A DNA stretch of 64,000 bases from an uncultured Reyranella sp. (GTDB lineage Bacteria; Pseudomonadota; Alphaproteobacteria; Reyranellales; Reyranellaceae): contig CAZPOS010000002.1 of the NCBI GenBank assembly GCA_964588065.1, positions 5,482 to 69,481 on the forward strand, in the 5' to 3' direction. The notes below the pieces were generated by a model. The model made no database searches. It had not been told where the DNA came from and saw nothing but the letters and a program-made list of their open reading frames with translations. Each line of letters starts with the position of its first letter. The first letter of the stretch is position 1. Shown in pieces: positions 29,046 to 38,465 of this stretch. The position numbers and the translations under genes were made by a program.

Positions 29046-29071
29046 AACGTGGGCGCGCGCAAGTCGGTTGC
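29046..29071 (-). promoter_or_regulatory. EcfG-type promoter GCAAC-N17-CGTT upstream of egtB-egtD
   Basis: Plus strand AACG(29046)-tgggcgcgcgcaagtcg-GTTGC(29067); GGAGG RBS follows. Confidence 0.72.
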
Positions 29072-29129
29072 AAGGGCGCCCGCCAAAGCTCACGCTACAA
29101 GCGTCCGCTCGTGGAGCTAAGGGAAGCAA

Positions 29130-30032
29130 GTGCCGATTTGCGAGATCGACCCGTGGCGCGCTCAATATTTCGAGACGACAGACTGCCCCTCCGACGTCTT
29201 CATACCTACTGAGGATTCAGATGCCTGGCTGTGGAACCCCAACCATCGATGGGTCTACGACAAGCTGATGGTCGCAACTCGCCAGGGTCTCGCCGCGGCG
29301 CCCCACGGCATCGAGCCCCCGCAGTACCCGGTCTTTTCCAAGCCGATTTACAATCTCAAGGGCATGGGAGTCGGAAGTCGCGCGCTCCATTCACCGGGAG
29401 ACTATGATGCAGCCTATCAGCCCGGCCACATGTGGATGCCGCTCCTGGAAGGAGCACATGTCAGCAGCGATGTTGCGCTGGTCGATGGCGCGCCGCGTTG
29501 GTGGGGACACGCGAACGGCATCGCGGGTCGAGACGGCACGTTCGACTATTGGGAGATTCACACAGGCTCGGAACCTGAACTCGAGGCCTATGCGGGTGAC
29601 TGGTGTCGTCGGCATCTCGGCGGCTACACCGGCATGGCGAACCTCGAGACGATCGGTGGGCGCATCATCGAAGTGCATCTCAGGTTCGCGGACCAATGGC
29701 CCGATCTCTACGGACACGGCTGGGTCGACGCCCTGGTCCACCTGTACGCGCGTGGCGAGTGGGTCTTCCCACAGCAGCAGGTCCATCGTGCGGGCTACAG
29801 CGTGGTCCTGTTCATGCCGCACGGCAGGTCATATCGCTATCCCCCGGTCGATCTTCTTGATCGCGTCAGAGCCATCCCCGGCGTATCGAGCGTTCAAATC
29901 ACCTTTCACGAAAAAATGGCGCCGGAGCGCCATGCCATGCCACCCGGCGGTTTCCGGGTGGCGATCGTCAATTGCTGGGATCTTGCAGCGGGCCGCCAAG
30001 CACGCAATCTGTTGCGAGACCACTTCGCCTAG
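29130..30032 (+). CDS. conserved hypothetical protein, ATP-grasp-like motifs
   Basis: [22 protein letters not shown] and [15 protein letters not shown] resemble ATP-grasp segments. Confidence 0.7.
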   Translation: MPICEIDPWRAQYFETTDCPSDVFIPTEDSDAWLWNPNHRWVYDKLMVATRQGLAAAPHGIEPPQYPVFSKPIYNLKGMGVGSRALHSPGDYDAAYQPGHMWMPLLEGAHVSSDVALVDGAPRWWGHANGIAGRDGTFDYWEIHTGSEPELEAYAGDWCRRHLGGYTGMANLETIGGRIIEVHLRFADQWPDLYGHGWVDALVHLYARGEWVFPQQQVHRAGYSVVLFMPHGRSYRYPPVDLLDRVRAIPGVSSVQITFHEKMAPERHAMPPGGFRVAIVNCWDLAAGRQARNLLRDHFA

Positions 30033-30196
30033 AGGTTGCGGCGCACAAATCCCGCGAACAGGCTGACGACGAACAGGACGAGCGCGATCACGAACAGAAT
30101 CTGCGCCATGCCTGTCGCGGTCGAAGCGATACCGCCGAAGCCGAAGATGCCGGCCAACAGCGCGATCACCAGAAACATCAGTGCCCAGTACAACAT
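30029..30196 (-). CDS. DUF1328 small membrane protein
   Basis: [35 protein letters not shown]; AAGGAG RBS. Confidence 0.92.
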   Translation of the reverse strand: MLYWALMFLVIALLAGIFGFGGIASTATGMAQILFVIALVLFVVSLFAGFVRRNL

Positions 30197-30236
30197 TTCT
30201 TCGCTCCTTCCGAGCATTGGCAGGGGTTGTGCAGGC

Positions 30237-30262
30237 AACGTTGAAGCGTGAGTGTCGGTTCC
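30237..30262 (-). promoter_or_regulatory. EcfG promoter GGAAC-N17-CGTT upstream of DUF1328
   Basis: Plus strand AACG(30237)-ttgaagcgtgagtgtcg-GTTCC(30258). Confidence 0.85.
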
Positions 30263-30267
30263 GCCGG

Positions 30268-30293
30268 GCAACCCTCCCTGTCGAGGCAGCGTT
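30268..30293 (+). promoter_or_regulatory. EcfG-type promoter GCAAC-N17-CGTT, back-to-back with the DUF1328 promoter
   Basis: GCAAC(30268)-cctccctgtcgaggcag-CGTT(30290). Confidence 0.75.
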
Positions 30294-30328
30294 GAAAACT
30301 TCAACACCCCAGCAAACACGGAGGCAGA

Positions 30329-30457
30329 ATGCAGCCCGAAGTTACCCCGACCGAAGCCCGCAGTGGCGTCGTGACCGGTCGCGTCCTAGTCGTCCTCATC
30401 ATATCGTTCCTGGGCGCCGCTGGCGGAATGGGACTGGCTTGGTACCTGCTCGGCTAG
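30329..30457 (+). CDS. 42-aa single-TM small protein, missed by the ORF track ([42 protein letters not shown])
   Basis: GGAGG RBS, ATG at 30329, TAG at 30455-30457, EcfG-type promoter upstream. Confidence 0.8.
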   Translation: MQPEVTPTEARSGVVTGRVLVVLIISFLGAAGGMGLAWYLLG

Positions 30458-30469
30458 TAGGCTCCGGGC

Positions 30470-30865
30470 ATGAAAGTCCTGATAGCCAGTTACGCCGTCG
30501 CCTTGGGCGTACTGGCTGTCGTCGATGCGCTCTGGCTCGGCGTGATCGCGCGGGACTTCTACAAGTCACAGCTCGGCGAAATGCTGCGAGAAAAGCCGAT
30601 CTGGGCCGTTGCCGTAGTTTTCTATCTCGTGCACGCCGCCGGGGTTGCGGTCTTCGCCGTGCCGCTTTCGCTGGCGGCCGGTACGTGGCCGAGCGCCCTC
30701 CTCTATGGGGCGCTTTTTGGCTTCTGCGTCTACGGCGCTTATGACTTCACCAACCTGGCAACGTTGCGCGGGTGGCCATGGACGATCAGCGTCGTGGATC
30801 TGGCGTGGGGAGCCGTGGCGACTGCCGTCGCCACGCTGGTTGCCTTCCTGGTCGTGAAACCCTGA
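30470..30865 (+). CDS. DUF2177 family membrane protein
   Basis: DALWLG, YGAYDFTNLATL and VDLAWG motifs. Confidence 0.88.
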   Translation: MKVLIASYAVALGVLAVVDALWLGVIARDFYKSQLGEMLREKPIWAVAVVFYLVHAAGVAVFAVPLSLAAGTWPSALLYGALFGFCVYGAYDFTNLATLRGWPWTISVVDLAWGAVATAVATLVAFLVVKP

Positions 30866-31135
30866 TCAACCGGCTTTGTCGTCGTACTCCGGGTGTCGGC
30901 GCACATACGCGACAACGAAGCTGCAGGCCGGGACGATCTTGAACCCGTGCTTCCGCGTGTCCTCCAGGGCCGCCTTGACGACGCGCGCGCCAATCCCCTT
31001 GCCCTCGTCTTCCGGCGGCACTTCCGTATGAGTGAAGACCCGGGCGTCGCCTTGCTGCCTGTAGACTGCAATCGCGAGGCCATGCTCGACGGGCAGTTCG
31101 TAGCGCTGCTGCGCGGCGTTATGTGTCACTTCCAT
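30866..31135 (-). CDS. small GNAT acetyltransferase (YjdJ-like)
   Basis: FTHTEVP, GKGIG and IVPACSFV motifs. Confidence 0.9.
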   Translation of the reverse strand: MEVTHNAAQQRYELPVEHGLAIAVYRQQGDARVFTHTEVPPEDEGKGIGARVVKAALEDTRKHGFKIVPACSFVVAYVRRHPEYDDKAG

Positions 31136-31194
31136 CGATCACCCCTTCCTGATCCTCGATCAGTGCATCCAAGGAGACGCAATGCACCGTCCCG

Positions 31195-31220
31195 AACGGC
31201 CAGCCAGCGCAGCCGGTTGC
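31195..31220 (-). promoter_or_regulatory. EcfG-type promoter GCAAC-N17-CGTT upstream of the GNAT gene
   Basis: Plus strand AACG(31195)-gccagccagcgcagccg-GTTGC(31216). Confidence 0.72.
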
Positions 31221-31221
31221 C

Positions 31222-32793
31222 CTAGCGATCGACTTCCCAGAACATCGGATAGGAAGACTGGATCAGTCCTTTGAGATTGCTCCTGTAGCCCGCTGGAATG
31301 GTGAACTGCCCCCACATCAGCGACGGTACGAGATCATAGGCGATCACCTGTATCTCCGCTGCGATCTTCTTGCGCTCCTCCAGTGTTGTCGCACGGGTGA
31401 AGGCCTTCAGCAGATCGGGGATACGGTTGTCGCAGGACCAACCAGGAAAGTCGTTGCAGGTGGCCGCCACGTAGAAGTGCGTGAGCGGCGAAAACATGTC
31501 CGTGCCATTCGAATAGACGGGGAACATCGACCACCCGTCCTTCTTGCCGCGGCGTGCAAGCACGGTCGGCCAGTCACGCGGCTGCTGCTCCACGTTGAAA
31601 CCGACATCCTTCATGTTCTGGACGAGCACGCGCGACGCCGTCTGGCTGATCGAACCCGCCACCTCGAGCACGATCACCGGTTCGCCCTTGTAGCCTGACG
31701 CCTTGAGTTCGGCACGCGCGGCCGCCAGATCGAGCTTGGCGAGGCCAGCGCCCGCGTCGGTCGAGAATGGTGTGCCGCACATCCAGAAGGAGCCGCAGTC
31801 CTTGGTCTGGTATTTGTCGGGCACGCCGATCGCCGTCAGCGTCGCATTCTGGTCGACGAGCTTCCACATCACCTTACGCACCGCCGGATTGTCGAAGGGC
31901 GGTGACGCATGGTTCAGGCGGAAATTGCCCTGGAACTGGTGCAGTCCCCCGAGCCCGAGAAGCTTGATCGACTTTTCCTGTTCGAGGACCGGGAGCATGT
32001 CGAACGGAAGGTACTGCATATAATCGATCTCACCGGCGATCAGTGCATTTGCACCGGTCGATGAATCCGGCATGACGCGCAGCGTCAGCTGGTCGATCTT
32101 CACGTTCTTGCCGCCTGTCAGGAAGTCCGGCGCCTCCTTGCGTGGAACATAGGCCGCGTTGCGTTCGAGGATCATGGCGTTGCCGGGCCGCCACTGATCC
32201 TTGAGGAATCGGAACGGGCCAGAGCCGATCGGTTCGGGGATGCGTTGGTCGGCGGGCGTTGCGGCAAGGCGTGCGGGCATCATCACCGGCAGCGGCGCAT
32301 TGGGCTTTCCCAACACTTCGAGCAGTAGAGGGAAGGGCTGCTTCAGGACGAATTTTATCGTCTTTGGGTTCGTCGCTTCTAGGGTGGCGGTATCAGCCAT
32401 CAGCATCTTGCCCAACGGATCCCTGACCGACCAGCGCTTCAGAGACGCGACACAATCCTCGGCCGTCACCGGGCCACCGTCATGCCACTTGAGACCGTCG
32501 CGCAGCACGAAGGACCAAGTGAGCTTGTCGGGACTGCTGTCGTAGCTCTCGACCATTTGAGGCTTGATCTCGCCCTTGTCGTTCATGGCAAAGAGCGTGT
32601 CGAACACGTGCGTGCCGAACGTACGCGTGATCGCCGCTGTCGTCGCATGGGGGTCGAGGATGGTGACCTCCGATTCCAGGACGACGGTGAGGCCCTTGGC
32701 GGCCCGAGCCTCCCGCGGCCGAATGAGAGATGTGCCAGCGAGGGCCAGCCCGCCCGCCATTGCCGTCCGACGCCCGAAACCGATGCTACGCAT
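31222..32793 (-). CDS. ABC transporter substrate-binding protein, family 5 (peptide/nickel type)
   Basis: Tat-like GRRTAM signal; LDPH, LRDGLKWHDG and IGSGPF motifs. Confidence 0.92.
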   Translation of the reverse strand: MRSIGFGRRTAMAGGLALAGTSLIRPREARAAKGLTVVLESEVTILDPHATTAAITRTFGTHVFDTLFAMNDKGEIKPQMVESYDSSPDKLTWSFVLRDGLKWHDGGPVTAEDCVASLKRWSVRDPLGKMLMADTATLEATNPKTIKFVLKQPFPLLLEVLGKPNAPLPVMMPARLAATPADQRIPEPIGSGPFRFLKDQWRPGNAMILERNAAYVPRKEAPDFLTGGKNVKIDQLTLRVMPDSSTGANALIAGEIDYMQYLPFDMLPVLEQEKSIKLLGLGGLHQFQGNFRLNHASPPFDNPAVRKVMWKLVDQNATLTAIGVPDKYQTKDCGSFWMCGTPFSTDAGAGLAKLDLAAARAELKASGYKGEPVIVLEVAGSISQTASRVLVQNMKDVGFNVEQQPRDWPTVLARRGKKDGWSMFPVYSNGTDMFSPLTHFYVAATCNDFPGWSCDNRIPDLLKAFTRATTLEERKKIAAEIQVIAYDLVPSLMWGQFTIPAGYRSNLKGLIQSSYPMFWEVDR

Positions 32794-32842
32794 GACTTCT
32801 TCCCTTCTTCCCCAGTCGGCTACCGTAGCGACCTTTACGGGC

Positions 32843-32885
32843 AAACGAAACGGGCCGGCCCCTCCTTTTGGAACGGCCGGCCCGT
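32843..32885 (-). terminator. Rho-independent terminator of the csbD operon
   Basis: 11-bp stem ACGGGCCGGCC/GGCCGGCCCGT followed on the minus strand by TTCGTTT. Confidence 0.75.
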
Positions 32886-32911
32886 GATCCGCTGGTCGAA
32901 AGAAGATCGTG

Positions 32912-33520
32912 TTAAGCGGGCGACAATAGTCGGCACGTCACGCGATCGACGAATGTCGAAACAGGCGGGCCATAGACAGGCACCCCCCATCGCTCGCCCG
33001 GCCCCGCCGGCGAAAGGACGATACGCGTGTCCTGTACCGGGCGACCGCCATTGGTGAAGACGCAGCCCACCAGAGGGTCGACCACGTTGGCCGAGTTGTT
33101 CGTCACGTAGAGCACAGACAGCCAGTTTTGCTGTGGAACCGCCTGCAGCCAAGGACTATCGATGACGACCGCCGGGACAGTCGGGCCGGCGGTGATGGGG
33201 ACGATGCCCATCAGGCTGCCCCGCGGGCGTTGAACCACGACTTGCGTTGCGCTGGCTTGGGCGTTGGGGTCGAAGGCCTTGTCAGCGGGCGTGCTTGGAA
33301 CTGCCGCCTGCTGCTGCGGCGTCTGATTGTCCTTGCTGACGTTCTCCGGCGTCCAAACCTTGCCGGTGCGCTCGTCCTTGAACTGAGTTACCCCGTTGGG
33401 CGCCACGCCGGCACCGACGGTACCGGGTGCTTGCACCGAGGGCGCCTGGGCGAAGGCATGGCTACCGGTGACAACGGCTAGGGTTGCGAGTGTAGCCGTC
33501 ATGGTGAAGTAACGGTTCAT
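32912..33520 (-). CDS. secreted hypothetical protein, paralog A (paralog of 42189..42776)
   Basis: Signal peptide; FKDERTGKVWTPENV, TPADKAFDP, YVTNNSA; two Cys; GAGGAGAGG RBS. Confidence 0.8.
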   Translation of the reverse strand: MNRYFTMTATLATLAVVTGSHAFAQAPSVQAPGTVGAGVAPNGVTQFKDERTGKVWTPENVSKDNQTPQQQAAVPSTPADKAFDPNAQASATQVVVQRPRGSLMGIVPITAGPTVPAVVIDSPWLQAVPQQNWLSVLYVTNNSANVVDPLVGCVFTNGGRPVQDTRIVLSPAGPGERWGVPVYGPPVSTFVDRVTCRLLSPA

Positions 33521-33531
33521 CTTGCCTCTCC

Positions 33532-33855
33532 TCACATGTCCTTGAGGCGGCCCTTTTCCCACGCGCCGACCTGGGCTTCGGCCGCTTCACGCGAAATTCC
33601 ATAGCGTGTCTGGATTTTCCCCACGAGTTGGTCGCGGCGCCCCTCGATTGCCATGAGGTCGTCGTCCGTAAGCTTGCCCCACTGCTCCTTTACGGCGCCC
33701 TTGGTCTGGCTCCAGCTCCCCTTGACCTTCTCCCACATGGTCTGGGCATCAGTTTGGACTGTCGTGGTTTGAGAAGTGGTCTGGGCTCCGGCGACGACGG
33801 GCACCGCGGCGCCGACGAACGCGGCACATGCCGCCAAGGTGGCGATGGAACGCAT
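33532..33855 (-). CDS. csbD: CsbD family stress protein with signal peptide
   Basis: KGSWSQTKGAVKEQWGKLTDDDLMAIEGRRDQLVGKIQTRYG; AGGAGG RBS. Confidence 0.9.
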   Translation of the reverse strand: MRSIATLAACAAFVGAAVPVVAGAQTTSQTTTVQTDAQTMWEKVKGSWSQTKGAVKEQWGKLTDDDLMAIEGRRDQLVGKIQTRYGISREAAEAQVGAWEKGRLKDM

Positions 33856-33882
33856 ATGAATACCTCCTGATTGGGCCCCATT

Positions 33883-33908
33883 AACGGTCGATCCAAAGGT
33901 GAGGTTGC
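33883..33908 (-). promoter_or_regulatory. EcfG-type promoter GCAAC-N17-CGTT upstream of csbD
   Basis: Plus strand AACG(33883)-gtcgatccaaaggtgag-GTTGC(33904). Confidence 0.8.
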
Positions 33909-33928
33909 CGCTCACGGCGCTGCCGCCG

Positions 33929-34078
33929 TCAGACCCAGAGCGACTTCAGGATGAACGCGATCGGGATGACAATGATCATTGCGACGTAGAGGTCCATCAA
34001 CTCCCCCGCCAGGGGGCTGTGATCGGAATGGTCCTGCGTCACGATGCTCGGCGCTTCGGGTGTGTGCTTGGTATCCAT
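33929..34078 (-). CDS. 49-aa small protein with C-terminal TM (MDTKHTPEAPSIVTQDHSDHSPLAGELMDLYVAMIIVIPIAFILKSLWV)
   Basis: GGAGGG RBS before ATG 34078; own EcfG-type promoter. Confidence 0.72.
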   Translation of the reverse strand: MDTKHTPEAPSIVTQDHSDHSPLAGELMDLYVAMIIVIPIAFILKSLWV

Positions 34079-34113
34079 GCTTCCCTCCACGATTGCCCCA
34101 TCCTCGACAGATG

Positions 34114-34139
34114 AACGCCGCAAAATCGACGGGGGTTGC
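34114..34139 (-). promoter_or_regulatory. EcfG-type promoter GCAAC-N17-CGTT
   Basis: Plus strand AACG(34114)-ccgcaaaatcgacgggg-GTTGC(34135). Confidence 0.75.
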
Positions 34140-34176
34140 AGCCTTGCCGCGCGAATCGTGTGGAATGTGGGCCGTC

Positions 34177-36732
34177 TCAGCGGCTGCCGTGATCCAGTGC
34201 CTGTTGCAGGTCGATCGACGAGTAGGGCTTGGAAATGAACTGCATTCCCTCTGCCTGAAGGCCCGGTCGTCCATAGCCGCTCGCGATAACCACGGGGAGC
34301 TTCGGAAAGCGCTCCCGCACCTTCAGGGCTAGGTCCTCCCCACTCATCCCCGGTAGACCGAGGTCGGTGATCAGAAGATCGAAGACGTCGCTCTGGGTAA
34401 GCAGTTCGAGAGCGGCTTCGCCGCTGCCGACGGCAGAAACCGAGCAGCCAAGCCGCTCGAGCATGTCCGTGGTCGACATTCGGAGCAGGACCTCGTCTTC
34501 CACCAGCAGGACGTGCCGCACCTTGCCCTCGGAGAGCGGGTGAGGAACCTCCTCCGAGGATGGTTCGGGTGCCGGCGCGGGCACGGGCCGGCGGTTGGCC
34601 AGCACACTGCGGAGCTTTGCCGAAAGAGCGTCGCTACTATAGGGCTTGGCGATCATCGGATATCCCGATCGGGTATGGTCGGGAATGAGCCCGCGGGCGA
34701 AGCCTGACGTCAGGAGCACCGCGATGCCGGGCCGAAGGCGTTGCGCCCGCTGCGCGAGCTCGACCGCCGTGATGCTGCCCGGCATGACGATGTCCGTGAA
34801 CAGCAGATCGAAGGCAGAGTCCTTCTCCAGCAATGCCGCCGCAATGTCTGGATCTTCGGCCGCCTCGACCCGATAGCCCCAGCCCTTCAGCATTTCGACC
34901 ACGGCTCGCCGCACGTCTTCACTGTCTTCCACCACCAGGATCCGCTCGCTGCCGCTCACCGTGGTGCCCGGATGGGAAGGCTCCTCGAGCACAGGTTCAT
35001 CGGTCCGCGGCAGATAGAGCTTGATGCTCGTCCCCTGCCCAATCGCGCTGTCGATGCGGATGTGACCGTTGGACTGACGCACGAAGCCGTAGACCATGCT
35101 GAGACCGAGCCCCGTACCTTTACCGTCTCCTTTGGTGGTGAAGAACGGATCGAATGCCTGGGCGGCGACCTCCGGCGGCATGCCGGTTCCGGTATCGCTT
35201 ACATCGACCAGCACGTAGGGACCGGGAGTGACGTCGGGATGAAGGGCGGCATATCGGCGGTCCAGTGTGGCGTTGGACACCTCGACCCGGACCGTACCGC
35301 CGTCCGGCATCGCATCGCGAGCGTTGATGGCAAGGTTGAGAATCGCGTTTTCGAGCTGGCCGGCATCGATCTTCGCGTTCCACGGATCGGCGGCCATCTT
35401 GAATTCGATGGCGATGCGCTCACCCAACGAATGGCGCATCAGGTCTGCGAGATCTCCGACCAGCCTGGCGATGTTGGTAGGCTGGGGGGTCAGCGGCTGA
35501 CGCCGCGCGAAGGCGAGCAACTGCTGGGTCAGACGTGCACCGCGGTCGGCGGCGGCCGTGGCGCTTTGCACGCGTGACAGCATCGCACTGTTGCCGGTCG
35601 CCTCCTCCCTGAGAAGGTCGAGGTTCGCCCGGATGACCTGCAGAATATTGTTGAAGTCGTGCGCCATGCCACCGGTGAGCTGGCCGGTTGCTTCCATTTT
35701 CTGACCCTGACGCAGCGCCGCCTCGTCGTGCAGCTTCTCGGTGATGTCGACGCACCGGATCACGGCGCCGCCGCCCGACATTTCCCCGCGGTATATTTCG
35801 TAATCGCGGCCGTCATGAGCGACGCGCACGATCGCCGGTCCCGCCGACGGTACCTTGTCGAGCTCGAGAGGCAGCAAGAGAGCGCGCGTCGCAGGCGAGC
35901 GCTCCGACAGGAGCTGGTCCAGCGTCGGCGGCTTCTGCCTGCCGGGCTCCCATTGCGCCAGCCTGGCGAAGGCCTCGTTCCAGGCGACGACGGCTCGCTC
36001 GCCATCGACAACGAAGATGGGATCGCGCAGGCTCTCCAGCGTCGCCTGCAGGAGGCGCGACCGCCCAGCCAGGGCATGCTGGCTGCGTTCGAGACGGGAG
36101 GCGCCCTGCAGCACGATGTAGATACCGGCGATCAGGCAGAGGAAGGCCCCCCCCATCACCAGCAGGCCTGCGACTTCCGCCTGCTCCTGCTCCGACCGCA
36201 GGGCGGTGAGACGGCGCGCCAGCAGGAGCCGCTGTCCCTCGACCAGGCTGTCCCCGAGCAACCGGACCTGGCCGAGCATCGCGCGCCCTGCCCCTGTCCG
36301 GTCGAGCGAGAGGGCCGCCTCGCGGCCCTGAGTCTGATACACGCCGACCGTCGCGTTCAGCTGGTCGAACTTCTGTGCCGTGATGCCACGAAACTCTTGG
36401 AACTGACGCGTCGTGTCGGGATCTCCGGAGACCGCCGCTTCGAGTTGCCGCATACTCGATTCGATCCTGAGACGCGCGCGTTCATACGGTTCGAGGCTTG
36501 TCGCATCGCCGGTAAGCAGGTAGCCGCGCAAGCCGATCTCGGCATCCTGCACCGCTATCACTGTCTCGCGCATCAGCGCCATGGTCTCGTAGTTGGCCAC
36601 CACCAGACGCTGCTGGCGTGCCGCAGACTTCGATTGAGAAAAGGCCAACATGAGACCGGCGGCGATCAGCACGGCGAGCGTGATGCCGGCGATGACACCG
36701 ATCGATCGCGCCGACCGAAGCACGCTAGACAT
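34177..36732 (-). CDS. hybrid sensor kinase: CHASE3, PAS-like, HisKA, HATPase and two receiver domains
   Basis: DAEIGLRGYLLTGD (CHASE3), GGMAHDFNNIL, NARDAM, FFTTKGDGKGTGLGL, LLFTDIVMPG and LLITDLGLPG. Confidence 0.92.
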   Translation of the reverse strand: MSSVLRSARSIGVIAGITLAVLIAAGLMLAFSQSKSAARQQRLVVANYETMALMRETVIAVQDAEIGLRGYLLTGDATSLEPYERARLRIESSMRQLEAAVSGDPDTTRQFQEFRGITAQKFDQLNATVGVYQTQGREAALSLDRTGAGRAMLGQVRLLGDSLVEGQRLLLARRLTALRSEQEQAEVAGLLVMGGAFLCLIAGIYIVLQGASRLERSQHALAGRSRLLQATLESLRDPIFVVDGERAVVAWNEAFARLAQWEPGRQKPPTLDQLLSERSPATRALLLPLELDKVPSAGPAIVRVAHDGRDYEIYRGEMSGGGAVIRCVDITEKLHDEAALRQGQKMEATGQLTGGMAHDFNNILQVIRANLDLLREEATGNSAMLSRVQSATAAADRGARLTQQLLAFARRQPLTPQPTNIARLVGDLADLMRHSLGERIAIEFKMAADPWNAKIDAGQLENAILNLAINARDAMPDGGTVRVEVSNATLDRRYAALHPDVTPGPYVLVDVSDTGTGMPPEVAAQAFDPFFTTKGDGKGTGLGLSMVYGFVRQSNGHIRIDSAIGQGTSIKLYLPRTDEPVLEEPSHPGTTVSGSERILVVEDSEDVRRAVVEMLKGWGYRVEAAEDPDIAAALLEKDSAFDLLFTDIVMPGSITAVELAQRAQRLRPGIAVLLTSGFARGLIPDHTRSGYPMIAKPYSSDALSAKLRSVLANRRPVPAPAPEPSSEEVPHPLSEGKVRHVLLVEDEVLLRMSTTDMLERLGCSVSAVGSGEAALELLTQSDVFDLLITDLGLPGMSGEDLALKVRERFPKLPVVIASGYGRPGLQAEGMQFISKPYSSIDLQQALDHGSR

Positions 36733-38452
36733 TCGCCGGCTCATCCGCAGACGGCGTCGGGAAAACGACGACAACGCGGTTGCCGCCGCCGGGCTTTCGC
36801 TCGATGGTAACCTCACCTCCGAGTTGCATCGCGAGGCCGCGGATCAGGGTAAGGCCGAAGCCACCACGACCGTCGGGTAACGGCTGGCCACCATCGGCCG
36901 CCACGCCATTGTCCTCGATGACGAGTTCGACCTCCTCGCCCTGCTCGCTGGTCTCGATGCGAATCTCCGGCGACGTCGTGCGCGAGAAGTCGTGAGTGAG
37001 GGCGATGCTGACCGCTTCCGTCACGATGAGGCCGATCGGAATGGCGGTGTCGGGACCGACGGCCATGATCGGCGCGCGTATGTGGTAGCGCGGCGCCTGT
37101 TTCCCGCCCCGGGCGCGGCCGACCGAGATCTGACGCACGAGATCGCTGATGAATTGCTGGAAGTCGACGAGCGACCAACTCGACCGCTCGTAGAGATGGC
37201 GATGCAGGATCGAGAGGGTAAGGACCCGATTCTGCGCATCCCCGAAGAAGCGGCGGATGCGCGGAGACCTGATCTCGCCAGCCTGAAGATTGAGCAGGCT
37301 TGAAATCATCTGAAGATTGTTCTTCACCCGATGATGGATTTCGCGAAGCATATGATCGCGCTGTTCGACATTAGCCCGCAACGCAGCCTCTCGGCTGGCA
37401 ATCGCCTCGGCCATCGCCGTCACGCCGGCACCCACCGAGGCCATCTCGGGACTCCAGGGGCGCGGCGGCATCAGGGTAATGCTCTCGCCCCGAGCGACCT
37501 TGTCCGCGAAGTCTTGGATATAGCGCAGGGGGCGGACGCACCAGCGATCGGCACCAAGCCAGATCACCACCAGGATGAACGCCGAAGCCAAGACGACAAG
37601 GAAAACGCCCGCCCAGGCACCGGCAAAGCCCCAGGGGGTTTCGGAAACCGGCGCAGACACGACCGCAAACAAAGTATTCGCGCCGACAGGCCGGATCCAG
37701 AATTCGTAGTAGGCCCCATCCTGGCCGAAGTCGGACACCTTAAGCTGGTTGCGAGCCAGCGCTTCCGCCAACCGGGCCGGTACTGGGAGACGACGCATCG
37801 CCGCCGGGTCGCCACCGAGGGCAACTCCTGTTCGATCAATCACCGCGACTGCGGTGCCGGCCGTGCCTTCCGCCTGCGCCGCTACCTGCGCGAGCGACTT
37901 GAGGGTCACGCCGAGCGCACAGATGCCCCGGAATTCCCCGTCGCGTCGCAGTGCAATGGCAATAGGAATGATCGCGCTGGTCGAGATGCGGCTTGCAATC
38001 GCGTCGCCGACGATTTGAGAGTCGCCACGTCGGGCTTTCTGGAAGATGTCCCGATCCGAAAAATTCATGCCGACCGCGCGACCCGCGGTCGCGCACCGGG
38101 CGGTCCCTTTGTCGTCCGTCGCGAACGCCGTGGAATACTGGCCTGGATAGGCCTGAAGCAGCTTGGAAAGGTAGTCTTCGCAGCGGCTCACAACCTGTGG
38201 GGACGGGTTCGGCCGGGCGCTTTCGAGGACGGACTCATCTGCACAGGCTGCAGCGAGCATGCGCTGGGATGCATCGAACAATCCAGCGTACCGTGCCACA
38301 GCGAGATCGGAGACCGCCCCGAGCGCCGCCGCCCGCTGCGTGACGGCCGCCTGCTCCTGGAGCTCCGCCTGCCAGACCGCCACCCCCAACACCGGCAGGA
38401 GTGCCAGGGCTACGAGGGAGACGAGCCGGGTGCGAAGCGACCATCGCGCCAC
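36725..38452 (-). CDS. membrane sensor histidine kinase, HisKA_2 type (GSR-associated), Cache/HAMP-like input
   Basis: EIHHRVKNNLQMISSLL H-box; two TM segments; directly downstream of phyR. Confidence 0.9.
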   Translation of the reverse strand: MARWSLRTRLVSLVALALLPVLGVAVWQAELQEQAAVTQRAAALGAVSDLAVARYAGLFDASQRMLAAACADESVLESARPNPSPQVVSRCEDYLSKLLQAYPGQYSTAFATDDKGTARCATAGRAVGMNFSDRDIFQKARRGDSQIVGDAIASRISTSAIIPIAIALRRDGEFRGICALGVTLKSLAQVAAQAEGTAGTAVAVIDRTGVALGGDPAAMRRLPVPARLAEALARNQLKVSDFGQDGAYYEFWIRPVGANTLFAVVSAPVSETPWGFAGAWAGVFLVVLASAFILVVIWLGADRWCVRPLRYIQDFADKVARGESITLMPPRPWSPEMASVGAGVTAMAEAIASREAALRANVEQRDHMLREIHHRVKNNLQMISSLLNLQAGEIRSPRIRRFFGDAQNRVLTLSILHRHLYERSSWSLVDFQQFISDLVRQISVGRARGGKQAPRYHIRAPIMAVGPDTAIPIGLIVTEAVSIALTHDFSRTTSPEIRIETSEQGEEVELVIEDNGVAADGGQPLPDGRGGFGLTLIRGLAMQLGGEVTIERKPGGGNRVVVVFPTPSADEPANV

Positions 38453-38465
38453 GTTCCGTCCCGAA

